From Cyanophyceae cyanobacterium (lineage in GTDB: Bacteria > Cyanobacteriota > Cyanobacteriia > Cyanobacteriales > JBHJGN01), in assembly GCA_050331735.1 (NCBI GenBank), contig JBHJGN010000027.1, forward strand, positions 1-49,647: 49,647 nt of DNA, read 5' to 3'. The first letter of the stretch is position 1; every line of letters starts with the position of its first letter. Of this stretch, positions 1-8,951 are shown in pieces. Under the pieces are notes generated by a model. That model was not told the origin of the DNA and did not search any database. It saw nothing but the letters and a program-made list of their open reading frames with translations. The position numbers were made by a program, and so were the translations under genes.

Positions 1-1
1 G

Positions 2-250
2 AAAGTACAGTCTCAAAATGCGGCGGCCAACCACTCCATCGCGGTTACCGATACGGACCTGCGCAACCAGCAAGTGCAGTTTGAAAACGATGGCTTCTAT
101 GACTTTGACAGTCAAGAGCAGCTTTCTATTCAAGATGCGGCTACCAGCAATGCCGGTGTTAATGGTTCTGCGGCCATCACCGACACTGACCTCGACAATC
201 AGCAGTTGCAAGTTGACTACGATTACTCTCAGCCTTTCTTAGCTTACTAA
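2..250 (+). CDS. 3' part of a small Gln/Asn/Asp-rich repeat protein, paralog-like to 328..759 (5' end outside window)
   Basis: Frame 2 is open from the window start to TAA 248-250: KVQSQNAAANHSIAVTDTDLRNQQVQ...SQEQLSIQDAATSNAGVNGSAAITDTDLDNQQLQVDYDYSQPFLAY. It has two imperfect repeats resembling those of the next gene. Absent from the ORF track because the start is missing. Confidence 0.75.
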   Translation, partial: KVQSQNAAANHSIAVTDTDLRNQQVQFENDGFYDFDSQEQLSIQDAATSNAGVNGSAAITDTDLDNQQLQVDYDYSQPFLAY

Positions 251-327
251 ACAAAAGTAATTGAAGGTTTTGCCGATTTCCTGACAACTTATAAAAAAAT
301 CGGCTTAAACTATTCAAGATTACAACA

Positions 328-759
328 ATGTTGCCAAAAACCTGCTCTTTCAGTTTTGTCACTGCTGTCGCCGTTATCTCTCCCTCTATTGTTTTTGCTC
401 AGCCTGTGCAGGTCAATTCACAAAGAGTTAATACTAGCACTCTAGCAGCGGGGGAAGGAGCCACTGCTGTTAATCAAATTCATCAATCTAGTTATCAAAG
501 CCAGTGGAATCACGGCTCAGCACCTCAATCTCAAATTTCAGTTCAACAGGTTGATACTAACACCACCGCAGTAGGCAACCACGCCACTGCGATTAGCAAT
601 ATTCATCAAGCTAGTCATCAAAGCCAGTGGGGCCAAGGCTCAGCACCGCATTCTCAATCAGTCCAACAAATTGATGCTAACACGGCTGCTGTTGGTGACT
701 GGAGTACGGCAATTAGCAATCTTGAACAACACAACGTTCAAATTCAGTTTGGCTTTTGA
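328..759 (+). CDS. Secreted small protein with three ~41-aa Q/N/S-rich repeats
   Basis: Sec-type signal peptide ending VFA|QP. Repeats of the form QxQxSxQxVxTxxxAxGxxATAxxxIxQxxxQxQ. DNA repeat tcaaagccagtgg...ggctcagcacc recurs at a 123-bp period. Confidence 0.85.
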   Translation: MLPKTCSFSFVTAVAVISPSIVFAQPVQVNSQRVNTSTLAAGEGATAVNQIHQSSYQSQWNHGSAPQSQISVQQVDTNTTAVGNHATAISNIHQASHQSQWGQGSAPHSQSVQQIDANTAAVGDWSTAISNLEQHNVQIQFGF

Positions 760-847
760 CAAATAAGCGTCAAGTCTCGTCGAGATTTGGCAGCCTTGCC
801 CGGATCTAGAGTCAAATTAGCCTCTCTCGTATAGAAGGAGTCAACCC

Positions 848-1192
848 ATGCTTATTAAAAAGTCGCTTCCATTACTGGTCATTCCCGCTCTACTTACGCT
901 CCCGGCTGGAATTGCTAGAGCCGATAATATTGATGTGCAAACTGGCGATCAGAAAGTCACAATCGACCGCAACAACGGAATCAGAATTGAATCCGGTTCC
1001 AGAGAAATTATTGTTCCTCAGCGATCGCCTCGGTCGTCTCATTTATCGTCTCGTTTACGGATTCTTGGTCTTCCTCAACTCAAAAAACCTTTACGGTGTC
1101 AGGGAAGAGAGAGCCACCAAGATACTCACACTCACCATTCTGGAGGAGTATCGCGTACGCAGAGTTCCATATCCACCAGAGTATGTCAATAG
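848..1192 (+). CDS. Small secreted hypothetical protein with C-terminal Cys pair
   Basis: AAGGAG RBS; signal peptide ending ARA|DN; C-terminal C...VCQ segment. Confidence 0.8.
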   Translation: MLIKKSLPLLVIPALLTLPAGIARADNIDVQTGDQKVTIDRNNGIRIESGSREIIVPQRSPRSSHLSSRLRILGLPQLKKPLRCQGRESHQDTHTHHSGGVSRTQSSISTRVCQ

Positions 1193-1229
1193 CTAACGCT
1201 TCGTAGAAATTTTAGAATTGGAGATCGCA

Positions 1230-1667
1230 ATGAAGTTTAATATACTATCGCTCGGATTATTTTCTCTTTCCAGCCTACTTCCTCTAGCCCCTGTCGTCAC
1301 TTCTCAAGCCAGTGCAGCCTGTGTAATGGTTGACGTTGCTACTCAAGTAGCGATTCGTGGCTCTCACACTCCTGCCGCCCAAAGTAATGATGTCGGGATG
1401 AATCACGACGAAAATTGCTTCGGCAATGTCACAGTAGACACAGGTACTCAGGTTTCTAGCAGTCCCGGAGACGTGGAACAAAGCCGCAACAGTAGTCATT
1501 ACGTTGGTGGCGGCAGCGAAGATCATTATGGGCTGAGGGGACCAGTCATTGGCGTTCCTGTAGAAACCCAAGTAGATGTTTATAGCCCAGCTCACGATCC
1601 GAGCATAGTCAACTCCTATGGAGAATTTGAAGATACTGGTTACGCAGAAGACAGTTTCGCTTATTGA
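1230..1667 (+). CDS. Small secreted beta-rich hypothetical protein with Cys pair
   Basis: GGAG RBS before ATG 1230; signal peptide ending ASA|AC; alternating V/T/Q strand pattern; two Cys. Confidence 0.8.
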   Translation: MKFNILSLGLFSLSSLLPLAPVVTSQASAACVMVDVATQVAIRGSHTPAAQSNDVGMNHDENCFGNVTVDTGTQVSSSPGDVEQSRNSSHYVGGGSEDHYGLRGPVIGVPVETQVDVYSPAHDPSIVNSYGEFEDTGYAEDSFAY

Positions 1668-1690
1668 TACCACCAGAAACTAAGTAAGAG

Positions 1691-1720
1691 ATCCCCCAAG
1701 CGCTTGTGCGCTTGGGGGAT
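1691..1720. terminator. Perfect 13-bp stem hairpin after the secreted-protein cluster (terminator or IS200/605-end-like remnant)
   Basis: ATCCCCCAAGCGC-ttgt-GCGCTTGGGGGAT between convergent genes. Confidence 0.55.
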
Positions 1721-2000
1721 GATAGCGAGCAGACAAATTGATATTCAACGCTGTATTTTTAGAAAGTTTTTGATTGGGGAGGTGGCTAATACCAATTAGA
1801 AAAAGTAATGAGATTGGTTGGTTGGGGAAAATAATTCGGTGTCGGAACGGGTCAAGGGTCAGGGGAAAAGGGCACCAGGTTTTCCCAGTTAACTGCCAAC
1901 TCTTTGATAGTTTGGGGAACTCTCTGACTACTTTTGATAAATGGTATAACTTTTGATTTCAAGAGTTAGCGATCGCAATTTTGTTACACAATAAGTAAAT

Positions 2001-2846
2001 TTATGAAGCAAAAAAATTTCTTCGCAGCCCAGATAAAAGACCAACTCCGACAAAGCCTAATAAAGCCCAGATGCTGGACTGTTCTGGAACCTTCACGCAG
2101 GCATCCTCGGCTTGAGGAGCCTGAGCGCAAGTCTTATTCATTGTGCTTGCTGTTAATCTCAGTTGGGTTGGTTGCTCAAAACGCTGTTGGAAAGTCCCGG
2201 AAAAGGTAATCGAAACAGACTCTTGATTGGCTTGCTCTGTAATCAGCGGAGTGGGAGAGTTCGTAAAGACGATATTGCCATTGCGGTCAACGTCTAGAAA
2301 ATCATCATCTTCATTTAGCAGATTCGTTTCTAGATTGCCCAAAAGTTGGAAGTTGCCAATGTTTTGAGCGAATGTATCTACCAAAGAAAAAGACAGATTG
2401 CTGATTGTCGTTACGCTGTCTGTCAGAGAATCGCTGACGGTATTGCTAAGCGTTAGGTTTGCCAGGAAATCAAAGGAAAATACCTGATCGGCCTCAATAA
2501 AAAATTCGCCAACTGATTGTCCTGAAGCCTGAGACAAGCCAAAATAGCGATCGCCTTCTCCAGCTACTTGATTTTGAAACCTGATTTGGGTAAAAGTCTG
2601 CGCTTCATCGACGACAAAATCTACCCCACCGCTTACTCGGGGGTTAACCTGCGAAATCTCCGATCCGGAAACCGCTATTTGAGTAATATTGTCTGTCGTC
2701 TCATTAGAGAGGGGAGACTGATTGAAGCTAAGACCTAAAAAGGTTTGGGAAAGGGAGAGGGTAGCCGCTTGAGCGGGAAAGGCGAAGATGGCTGCGCTGC
2801 TCCAAAGAGGCGTTGCCAGTAACAGTAGCTGTGAAGATCGATTCAT
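2001..2846 (-). CDS. PEP-CTERM exosortase-sorted surface protein
   Basis: Signal peptide ending AQA|AT. C-terminus VPEQSS + hydrophobic helix + RR. ATG 2846 preferred over TTG 2864. Confidence 0.85.
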   Translation of the reverse strand: MNRSSQLLLLATPLWSSAAIFAFPAQAATLSLSQTFLGLSFNQSPLSNETTDNITQIAVSGSEISQVNPRVSGGVDFVVDEAQTFTQIRFQNQVAGEGDRYFGLSQASGQSVGEFFIEADQVFSFDFLANLTLSNTVSDSLTDSVTTISNLSFSLVDTFAQNIGNFQLLGNLETNLLNEDDDFLDVDRNGNIVFTNSPTPLITEQANQESVSITFSGTFQQRFEQPTQLRLTASTMNKTCAQAPQAEDACVKVPEQSSIWALLGFVGVGLLSGLRRNFFAS

Positions 2847-2919
2847 AAAACTATTCTCTTGCAAGACTAGATGTGATTAGAAAAGACAAGGAGCGGAAGT
2901 TGGGAAAGTGGTTGCTGAG

Positions 2920-4074
2920 TCAGAACCGAAGAATTTCGCGATCATAATTGGCTGGGGTCGGTTCTACTTCCCAGACCAACCCCTCGCCAGGTGCGAGGGC
3001 TACTTCCAGGCCAAGCTGATCGACGGCTGTAGTCGCAGTCACTTCATTGCCGGGGAAAGGCTCTAATGCTTCTGAGAGCAGCCTGAGCTTAAATCCTGCC
3101 GGAATCCGTCCTCCCGGCGCTAAGCTGCGGAGTTCGATGCGCCAGGCCGAGGAATCTAAATTACTCAGCGGAAAAATGCGGAGCTGATAGGATTGATTGG
3201 CGATCGCAAGCTGCCGAACCAGGGCCGGGATGAGCTGCGAGGCTGCTCCTCTCGCAGAGGCGAGGCTAGGCTGAAAGTCTACCCGCTGCCACCCGCTCTG
3301 CTGCGCTAGCCTCGAAACGCCTGTTTGCAACCATTGCAGGACAGAGTACTGTTCTGGCAGTCCCCGTCGTCTGTCGGCTAATTGCTGTCTCCAGCCGCCA
3401 TGCTTGAGTAACGCGCCCCAGGTCGTAAAGGGAACGGCGAGACGAGGCACCAAAACGGCAGGATCGCCTAAGCGCTGCAACAGGTTATTGGCCTGCGTTG
3501 CTGAGAGCGAGGGCAGTGGGGTGAGGGCCGCTCGCGTCGGTTCGTTTGGGCACAGTCTTCTGGCGACCCAAAGGGCGTTGATATCTGCAATCAGCTCGTC
3601 GCCGTCAAGGACGTAGGTGCGAGACCCAGCATCATACTCTGCCGCTTTGAGCTGCTGATGAGTGCTATATCCCCACACCCGGAGCAACTGTTCGTCTGGG
3701 TTAACCTGCACCGCCAGATAGTAGTCGGCGGCCCACTCGGGCAGATCGATCCACTCTTGAGGAACTCGCAATTCGTCTAAGTCCACTGCTTCTGTCGGCA
3801 TGAGGACGAGGCGAGCACCGAGAGCGGCGATCGCTACTCCATTGACCACTTCCCAGAAACTAGCCAAAGCTGAGGGATGGGGCCACGGTCGCGCTTGGGA
3901 GTCCTGTTCTTCTCTGAACCAGGGCAACAAGGTTTGCAGGCAGAGCTGGTTTAGATAAGCATTCCAGCGACTTGCCTCCGTCGCTCCTGACTGGTTCTGC
4001 CAGGCAGAGGACTGAACATCGGCAGAAATGGCTAAAGTTAGCTCGGTTGGGTTAGATAAACTTGAATCTATCAT
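2920..4074 (-). CDS. DUF1822 family protein
   Basis: Characteristic motifs AYLNQLCL, FWEVVNG, ELRVPQEWIDLPEWAADYYLAVQV, VWGY; C-terminal beta domain (LPxGFKLRLL-type). Confidence 0.85.
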   Translation of the reverse strand: MIDSSLSNPTELTLAISADVQSSAWQNQSGATEASRWNAYLNQLCLQTLLPWFREEQDSQARPWPHPSALASFWEVVNGVAIAALGARLVLMPTEAVDLDELRVPQEWIDLPEWAADYYLAVQVNPDEQLLRVWGYSTHQQLKAAEYDAGSRTYVLDGDELIADINALWVARRLCPNEPTRAALTPLPSLSATQANNLLQRLGDPAVLVPRLAVPFTTWGALLKHGGWRQQLADRRRGLPEQYSVLQWLQTGVSRLAQQSGWQRVDFQPSLASARGAASQLIPALVRQLAIANQSYQLRIFPLSNLDSSAWRIELRSLAPGGRIPAGFKLRLLSEALEPFPGNEVTATTAVDQLGLEVALAPGEGLVWEVEPTPANYDREILRF

Positions 4075-4087
4075 CAGAGATACTCCG

Positions 4088-5281
4088 TTAAGTTGGCAGC
4101 TCGTGACGGCGATAGTAGCCTACTAGCCATTCATCTAATACTGCGCTGATAGATTTCAGTACGTCTGATGTCAGAGAAACATGCAGGGCTTCTTGGCTCC
4201 ACTGAGCGAGAGTTTGCAGCAGCGACTCTCTGATTCGGGTTAAGCGGCGGGAAACAGTATATTGTTTGGTCTTTAGTCGCTGAGCAATTTCTTTTTGGGG
4301 GAGTTGCTCGCTGTAGTACAGCTCCAAAAGCTGTTGGTTGTCTGGCGCTAACTCTGCGAGCGCTGCCGTCAAGACTTGATGAACTTGAGCTTGCTGAGTT
4401 GTCCGTTGCTGAACTTCTTCCTCGATGATTAAGTTGGTCAACAAGGAGTCATGTCCCTCTCTCACTAAATCGTCACCGACCTCGCCAGTTTGCCCCGGCT
4501 TCGGCGCGTTGATTGAGGTGACGGTGGGATACAGATAGGCCCGAGCCGCTCGCGCACAGGTCAGCAGCCACTGCTCTATTTGCTCAGAACTCCCTTCCGG
4601 TCCGGGGGGCTGAAGCTGGCTATAGCGCTCGCGGTTGTAGAGCGCGGCGATCGCCTGCCAGTTTTTTTTGTCTGGTTTTGGCAGCTTACGAGTGGTATTC
4701 GCTGGAGAGGGAACGTAGAGAGTCTTTAAGCAGTTCCAGGCGAGGATATAGTGACTCCTTGCGGCAGACAGTCCTGCCTGAGTCAGCGCCTCTGCGAGAC
4801 GCTTTTGGCTAATTTTTCGCAGCAATCCCCAGTCCGAGCAGATATCGACCTCTTGCCGCTGTCGGAGAAATACGCGCACTTGGTTGTGAAAAACCATGCT
4901 GGCGTAGTTTTTGAGCCTGAAACCTTGGTTGGGGTCAAAACCTTTAAGAATTTTATCTGTACTGGCGATCGCCGCTTGAAACCGATCCGAGAGAGAATAC
5001 TGGGTGCTCGCAAAGTCAGCCGCCGTTTTTTGAGCCGCCCAATAGCAGACCTCCTGGAGGTAGGCGCTCAGATGCCCTTTCACTAATGGCGTCGGCTGAG
5101 TTTGCCAGAGTTTGTACCAGTAGAGCGTCCAAAAATTTTCAGTGGTTTTTTCAGAGGCTCCTTGAGAGAGGCGAGTCATACTCTGGCGCAGACGGACATC
5201 GGTTGCCCAACGACTGAAGCGATCGCAGTCAAATTGCACAAAAGTTGAAAAAATTTCGACAATTCCTTGGCGAGGAAGCAT
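4088..5281 (-). CDS. Atypical cyanobacterial sigma-70-family / HetZ-like transcription factor
   Basis: N-terminal PRQxIVEIFSTF..W, HLSAYLQEVCYW and a region-2-like segment (FDPNQGFRLKNYA). C-terminal region-4 HTH LLELYYSEQLPQKEIAQRLKTKQYTVSRRL. Sits 13 bp upstream of DUF1822. Confidence 0.8.
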   Translation of the reverse strand: MLPRQGIVEIFSTFVQFDCDRFSRWATDVRLRQSMTRLSQGASEKTTENFWTLYWYKLWQTQPTPLVKGHLSAYLQEVCYWAAQKTAADFASTQYSLSDRFQAAIASTDKILKGFDPNQGFRLKNYASMVFHNQVRVFLRQRQEVDICSDWGLLRKISQKRLAEALTQAGLSAARSHYILAWNCLKTLYVPSPANTTRKLPKPDKKNWQAIAALYNRERYSQLQPPGPEGSSEQIEQWLLTCARAARAYLYPTVTSINAPKPGQTGEVGDDLVREGHDSLLTNLIIEEEVQQRTTQQAQVHQVLTAALAELAPDNQQLLELYYSEQLPQKEIAQRLKTKQYTVSRRLTRIRESLLQTLAQWSQEALHVSLTSDVLKSISAVLDEWLVGYYRRHELPT

Positions 5282-5449
5282 AAAAATGTCAACTACGTAC
5301 TATAAAACTATGTAAACCATCGTTAAGTAGGTGTTTAACTAATCTTCATTACAAAGAATAGTATACTATGGCACACTTTTTAAGTAGATAGATTTTAAAG
5401 TTTGGCAAAAACAATCATGAAAACAATGGAATAATAAGCGATTTTGGCT

Positions 5450-6379
5450 ATGTTTAAACACCTAAAGCTGAGACAAAAGTTGACTTTTTTACTACTGCTG
5501 ATTCTTGTCGGTGGTTTATCAATTATTGGTGTCGCTTTGCATGCTGTTTTACAGCGCAATGCTGAAAATGAAATTGCTTCAAAGGGACTCATCCTGATGG
5601 AAACGATGAACTCAGTGCGGGACTATACGAGTAATCAAGTCCAGCCAGAGTTAGTTCACAGATTAGAAGAAAGATTCTTGCCCGAAACGATTCCTGCCTA
5701 TTCAGCCCGAGAAGTTTTTGAATCGCTGCGGCAAAATTCCGAGTATCGGGACTTCTTCTATAAAGAAGCCACTCTCAATCCCTCTAATCTGCGCGATAAA
5801 GCGGATAGTTTTGAGACTACCCTCGTTGAAGATTTCCGAGATAATGAAAACATCAAAGAGCTGCGGGGATTTCGTTCCGCTCCGAGCGGAGAGCTGTTTT
5901 ACATTGCCCGCCCGCTCAAAGTTACTGAGGCGAGCTGTCTTGAATGTCACAGTACCCCAAGTGCTGCCCCACGCAGTGTGGTTGAGCGTTACGGAACCAC
6001 CAATGGCTACGGATGGAAGCTTAATGAAATCGTTGCGGCTCAAATGATTTCCGTTCCGGCTGATACAGTGATTACCCAAGCTCGACGCTCGTTTTTGCTA
6101 ATCATGGGCATTATTTCGGCGGTTTTCGTCACGATCATTTTGTTACTGAATCTGTTTCTCAATCGAACCGTGACTCGTCCTCTCAAGCGCATGGCACGAG
6201 TAGCCGATCAGGTAAGCATTGGTAATATGGCCATCGAGTTTGAGCAGTTGACCAATGATGAGGTGGGGGATCTGGCCAAAGCTTTTCAGCGCATGAAAGT
6301 GAGTTTAGAAATGGCCATGAAAAGACTCAATCGCTCCCACGGGAGTAGAGCAAAGCGGGAATCCAGGTCAACTGATTGA
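5450..6379 (+). CDS. DUF3365 (Tll0287-like) c-type heme sensor with TM-sensor-TM-HAMP and no output domain
   Basis: Two TM helices, YKEATLNPSNLRDKAD motif, CLECH heme-c motif and HAMP (RPLKRMA...DEVGDLAKAFQRM), then stop. Confidence 0.85.
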   Translation: MFKHLKLRQKLTFLLLLILVGGLSIIGVALHAVLQRNAENEIASKGLILMETMNSVRDYTSNQVQPELVHRLEERFLPETIPAYSAREVFESLRQNSEYRDFFYKEATLNPSNLRDKADSFETTLVEDFRDNENIKELRGFRSAPSGELFYIARPLKVTEASCLECHSTPSAAPRSVVERYGTTNGYGWKLNEIVAAQMISVPADTVITQARRSFLLIMGIISAVFVTIILLLNLFLNRTVTRPLKRMARVADQVSIGNMAIEFEQLTNDEVGDLAKAFQRMKVSLEMAMKRLNRSHGSRAKRESRSTD

Positions 6380-6397
6380 AGGTTTTTCTCCTCTTCA

Positions 6398-7723
6398 TTA
6401 AAAAGAATTGAAAAGACGATGCTTGAATTCGTGAGCTGTCTGTACGTCGGGGATTTCTGCTGCTAGAGCTTCGGCTAGCTGTTGCGGAGACCCCGGAGAA
6501 TATTCCTCAATAACCTCTTCAACAATAAAACTGGCGATCGGTCCAATGCAGGCTGCCAGCTCTCTTTGGCAGCGCTCTACAAATTGAGGGTTTAGGGAAC
6601 TTGGCGGTGGTAGTTCAACTTCTGCTAGCTCCTCTTCCCGTTCAAAATTTTCTGAAGGAGATGAACTGATGACGGTTGCTTCTGCTACGGGTCTAGGCTG
6701 GTCTCTTTCCTCTAGGAACTGAGGTTCAGCCGGTAATGGAGGAGTCGGATGACTGATCATCGTTTCCCCAGGCTGTTCTAACCGCTGCAAATCGGCTATA
6801 ACATCTTGGGCTAGCTGATAGCGATGTCTCGGCTGGTCGGCTAGCAGCTTATCGAGGATTTGGGCAAAGACCGCGCTGACCTCACAGTAGGAACGCCAGC
6901 GCCATTCTAAAGAATACTGATTGACCAGGAGAGTCGGATTTCTGCCCGTCAGCAAAACGGCGGCAGTCACGCCCAGCGCATACAGATCGCAACTGGGCGA
7001 ACAGTATCCCATGCTAATTTGCTCGCGGGGCGCATAGCCAATTTTACCGACAAAAGACATCTTGCCCACAAAGGAGCCTCCCTCTGGCGGCTCGTCCCCA
7101 TTAGAGTCTGGTTGCTCGGAGTCAATCACCTGCTTACCGACCCCAAAATCAATCAGCATCGGCAAGTTGTGGTCGTTGGGCAGCATCACATTGTCGGGAG
7201 AAATATCGCGGTGAATAATGCCGCGTTCGTGGATGTATGCCAGAATCGGCAGCAAACTTTTGAGCCACTGAATAATTTCAGCTTCAGTGAATGTTTGACC
7301 GTGCTGCTGACGTTCCTGAAGCAGCGTCGAATACGTTTTCCCATTAACGTACTCCTGCACTAAAAACAAGCGCTCTGGCCCTTCAAAGCAAGCTAAGAAT
7401 TTGGGAATTTGCGGATGTTCGATTTGATGCAGAATTTTGGCTTCTCTTTTGAATAAATCGCGAGATTTATGCAGCTCGTATTCCCCAGTGCCGCTAGGGG
7501 CAAATTCCTTGAGAACGCAAGGTTCGTTAAAACGATGAGTGTCAAGCGTCAAGTACGTCCGACCCAACCCGCCCTGACCCAGAACTTTCTGGACCAAATA
7601 GCGATTATTAATTAAAGTCCCGAATGGGATTTCGTCGCTTCTTACTATCGGTTGTGACATCTCATCAAAGCTCCTGACTGAGCAATCAGCAAATTCTGAT
7701 TTGTCTTTGGTATAATTTTCCAA
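6398..7723 (-). CDS. Cytoplasmic Ser/Thr protein kinase with Pro/Glu linker and C-terminal helical domain
   Basis: GQGGLG, VLKE, HRDISPDN, DFG and GYAPREQ motifs; no TM. The start may be ATG 7660. Confidence 0.92.
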   Translation of the reverse strand: MENYTKDKSEFADCSVRSFDEMSQPIVRSDEIPFGTLINNRYLVQKVLGQGGLGRTYLTLDTHRFNEPCVLKEFAPSGTGEYELHKSRDLFKREAKILHQIEHPQIPKFLACFEGPERLFLVQEYVNGKTYSTLLQERQQHGQTFTEAEIIQWLKSLLPILAYIHERGIIHRDISPDNVMLPNDHNLPMLIDFGVGKQVIDSEQPDSNGDEPPEGGSFVGKMSFVGKIGYAPREQISMGYCSPSCDLYALGVTAAVLLTGRNPTLLVNQYSLEWRWRSYCEVSAVFAQILDKLLADQPRHRYQLAQDVIADLQRLEQPGETMISHPTPPLPAEPQFLEERDQPRPVAEATVISSSPSENFEREEELAEVELPPPSSLNPQFVERCQRELAACIGPIASFIVEEVIEEYSPGSPQQLAEALAAEIPDVQTAHEFKHRLFNSF

Positions 7724-8072
7724 GCATTGAGGAACTTTCTGAATTTGAGCAACTGCTGCGTTTTGGTCGGTTCTTTAGGCAACGAAGCAGCCAGCAAGTG
7801 CTGCTAACAATTTTGTTAGCTTCCTCTGTTATCTTTGGCTCGCGGGAAGCAAAAAATGCAACTTTAGTTCCGCATTCATCCCATAGATTCAGGAGCAGCT
7901 CGACATCGATGCTTAAGAGTTGTTTGCGGGAAGGGGATTACAGCCCCATAGCTTTTTAGCAGAGATTCCCTAGTTCAGTCGCTTTGCTAATATTTACTTG
8001 ACGCTCATATAAAATATTTTCAAACTTTGCCAAGCTTTGTCAAGTCATAGTAAGCAAAAGTAAAATTGCGGC

Positions 8073-8939
8073 TCACTCCGCGTCGCTGGTTAGTACGGCT
8101 GGGGTTTCTCGAACTTGCTCTTCTAGGGGGCGGACTTTTTCGACTAATTGAATAAATTGTTCGTAGTCGGGGACTGTCGTAGTCGGAACGTAGCCAGCAT
8201 CGCCAATCACACTCGAAGGGGCTTCTTTCATTACGTTAACCAGATGCTCTTGACGATTTCGTTCTACCGTCGGTCCCAGGAGGACAACTCCCGGAGGAAT
8301 CCAGCGGCTTTTGTGTAGAATGCGAAACGGCGTTGACTCAAATTCCTGGCGGTAGCGTTCAAAATCTTCTTCAGACAGGGCTCCAGCGGCTACTTCCTGC
8401 TGGCTCAGCCACTGCAAAATTGTTTTTGGAGTCGGAGCAAAGCGCACTTCGGCTAGCGTCAGGCCATAGAGATCGTAGAGAGGCAGGTAATAACCAGCCG
8501 CCGAGCCGGGTTCGCCAAGGGCAACGACTTGATTAGACAAATCGGCTAAACCTTGAGCCGGACTTTCCTCGCGAACAACAATCACAGAGCGCTCGATGTT
8601 GCTAATTCCTTCCAAAGAAAAGATCGGGACGTACAGTTCCTGACCAATGGCGATCGCCGCTAAACCAGGAGGGGCAAACACAAGCGACCAGTTCTGGCGC
8701 TGAATTTGCTCTAGAGCCTGTAGTTCGTTGTAGGCCGGTTCTAGTTCAATAACGTCGTTGGTCTGTTCTGCTAAATACTGCTGGAGGGGTTTAAAGCGAG
8801 CTACCGAGACGGTTCCTTCTTCATAGCTAACCACACCGATTGTGAGCCTCTCTGAGTTAATGGACTCTCCCCGGCACCCAACCCACAGGAGGCCTGCGAG
8901 GAAAACAGCAGGGGCGAGGAGAAAACGGTGGCGAATCAT
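8073..8939 (-). CDS. PhnD-like (phosphate/phosphonate-type) substrate-binding lipoprotein
   Basis: Lipobox LWVG|C; SVIVVREESP and VALGEPGSAAGYYLP motifs. Confidence 0.8.
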   Translation of the reverse strand: MIRHRFLLAPAVFLAGLLWVGCRGESINSERLTIGVVSYEEGTVSVARFKPLQQYLAEQTNDVIELEPAYNELQALEQIQRQNWSLVFAPPGLAAIAIGQELYVPIFSLEGISNIERSVIVVREESPAQGLADLSNQVVALGEPGSAAGYYLPLYDLYGLTLAEVRFAPTPKTILQWLSQQEVAAGALSEEDFERYRQEFESTPFRILHKSRWIPPGVVLLGPTVERNRQEHLVNVMKEAPSSVIGDAGYVPTTTVPDYEQFIQLVEKVRPLEEQVRETPAVLTSDAE

Positions 8940-8951
8940 AGAGTCAATTGG

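Noticed and set aside
18..242. 74-aa ORF in the track
   Set aside because: Wrong frame; frame 2 (2..250) encodes the repeat-protein paralog.
1849..1872. G-quadruplex-like GGG-tcaa-GGG-tca-GGGG-aaaa-GGG
   Set aside because: Equally explained by cyanobacterial short heptamer-type repeats; no functional evidence.
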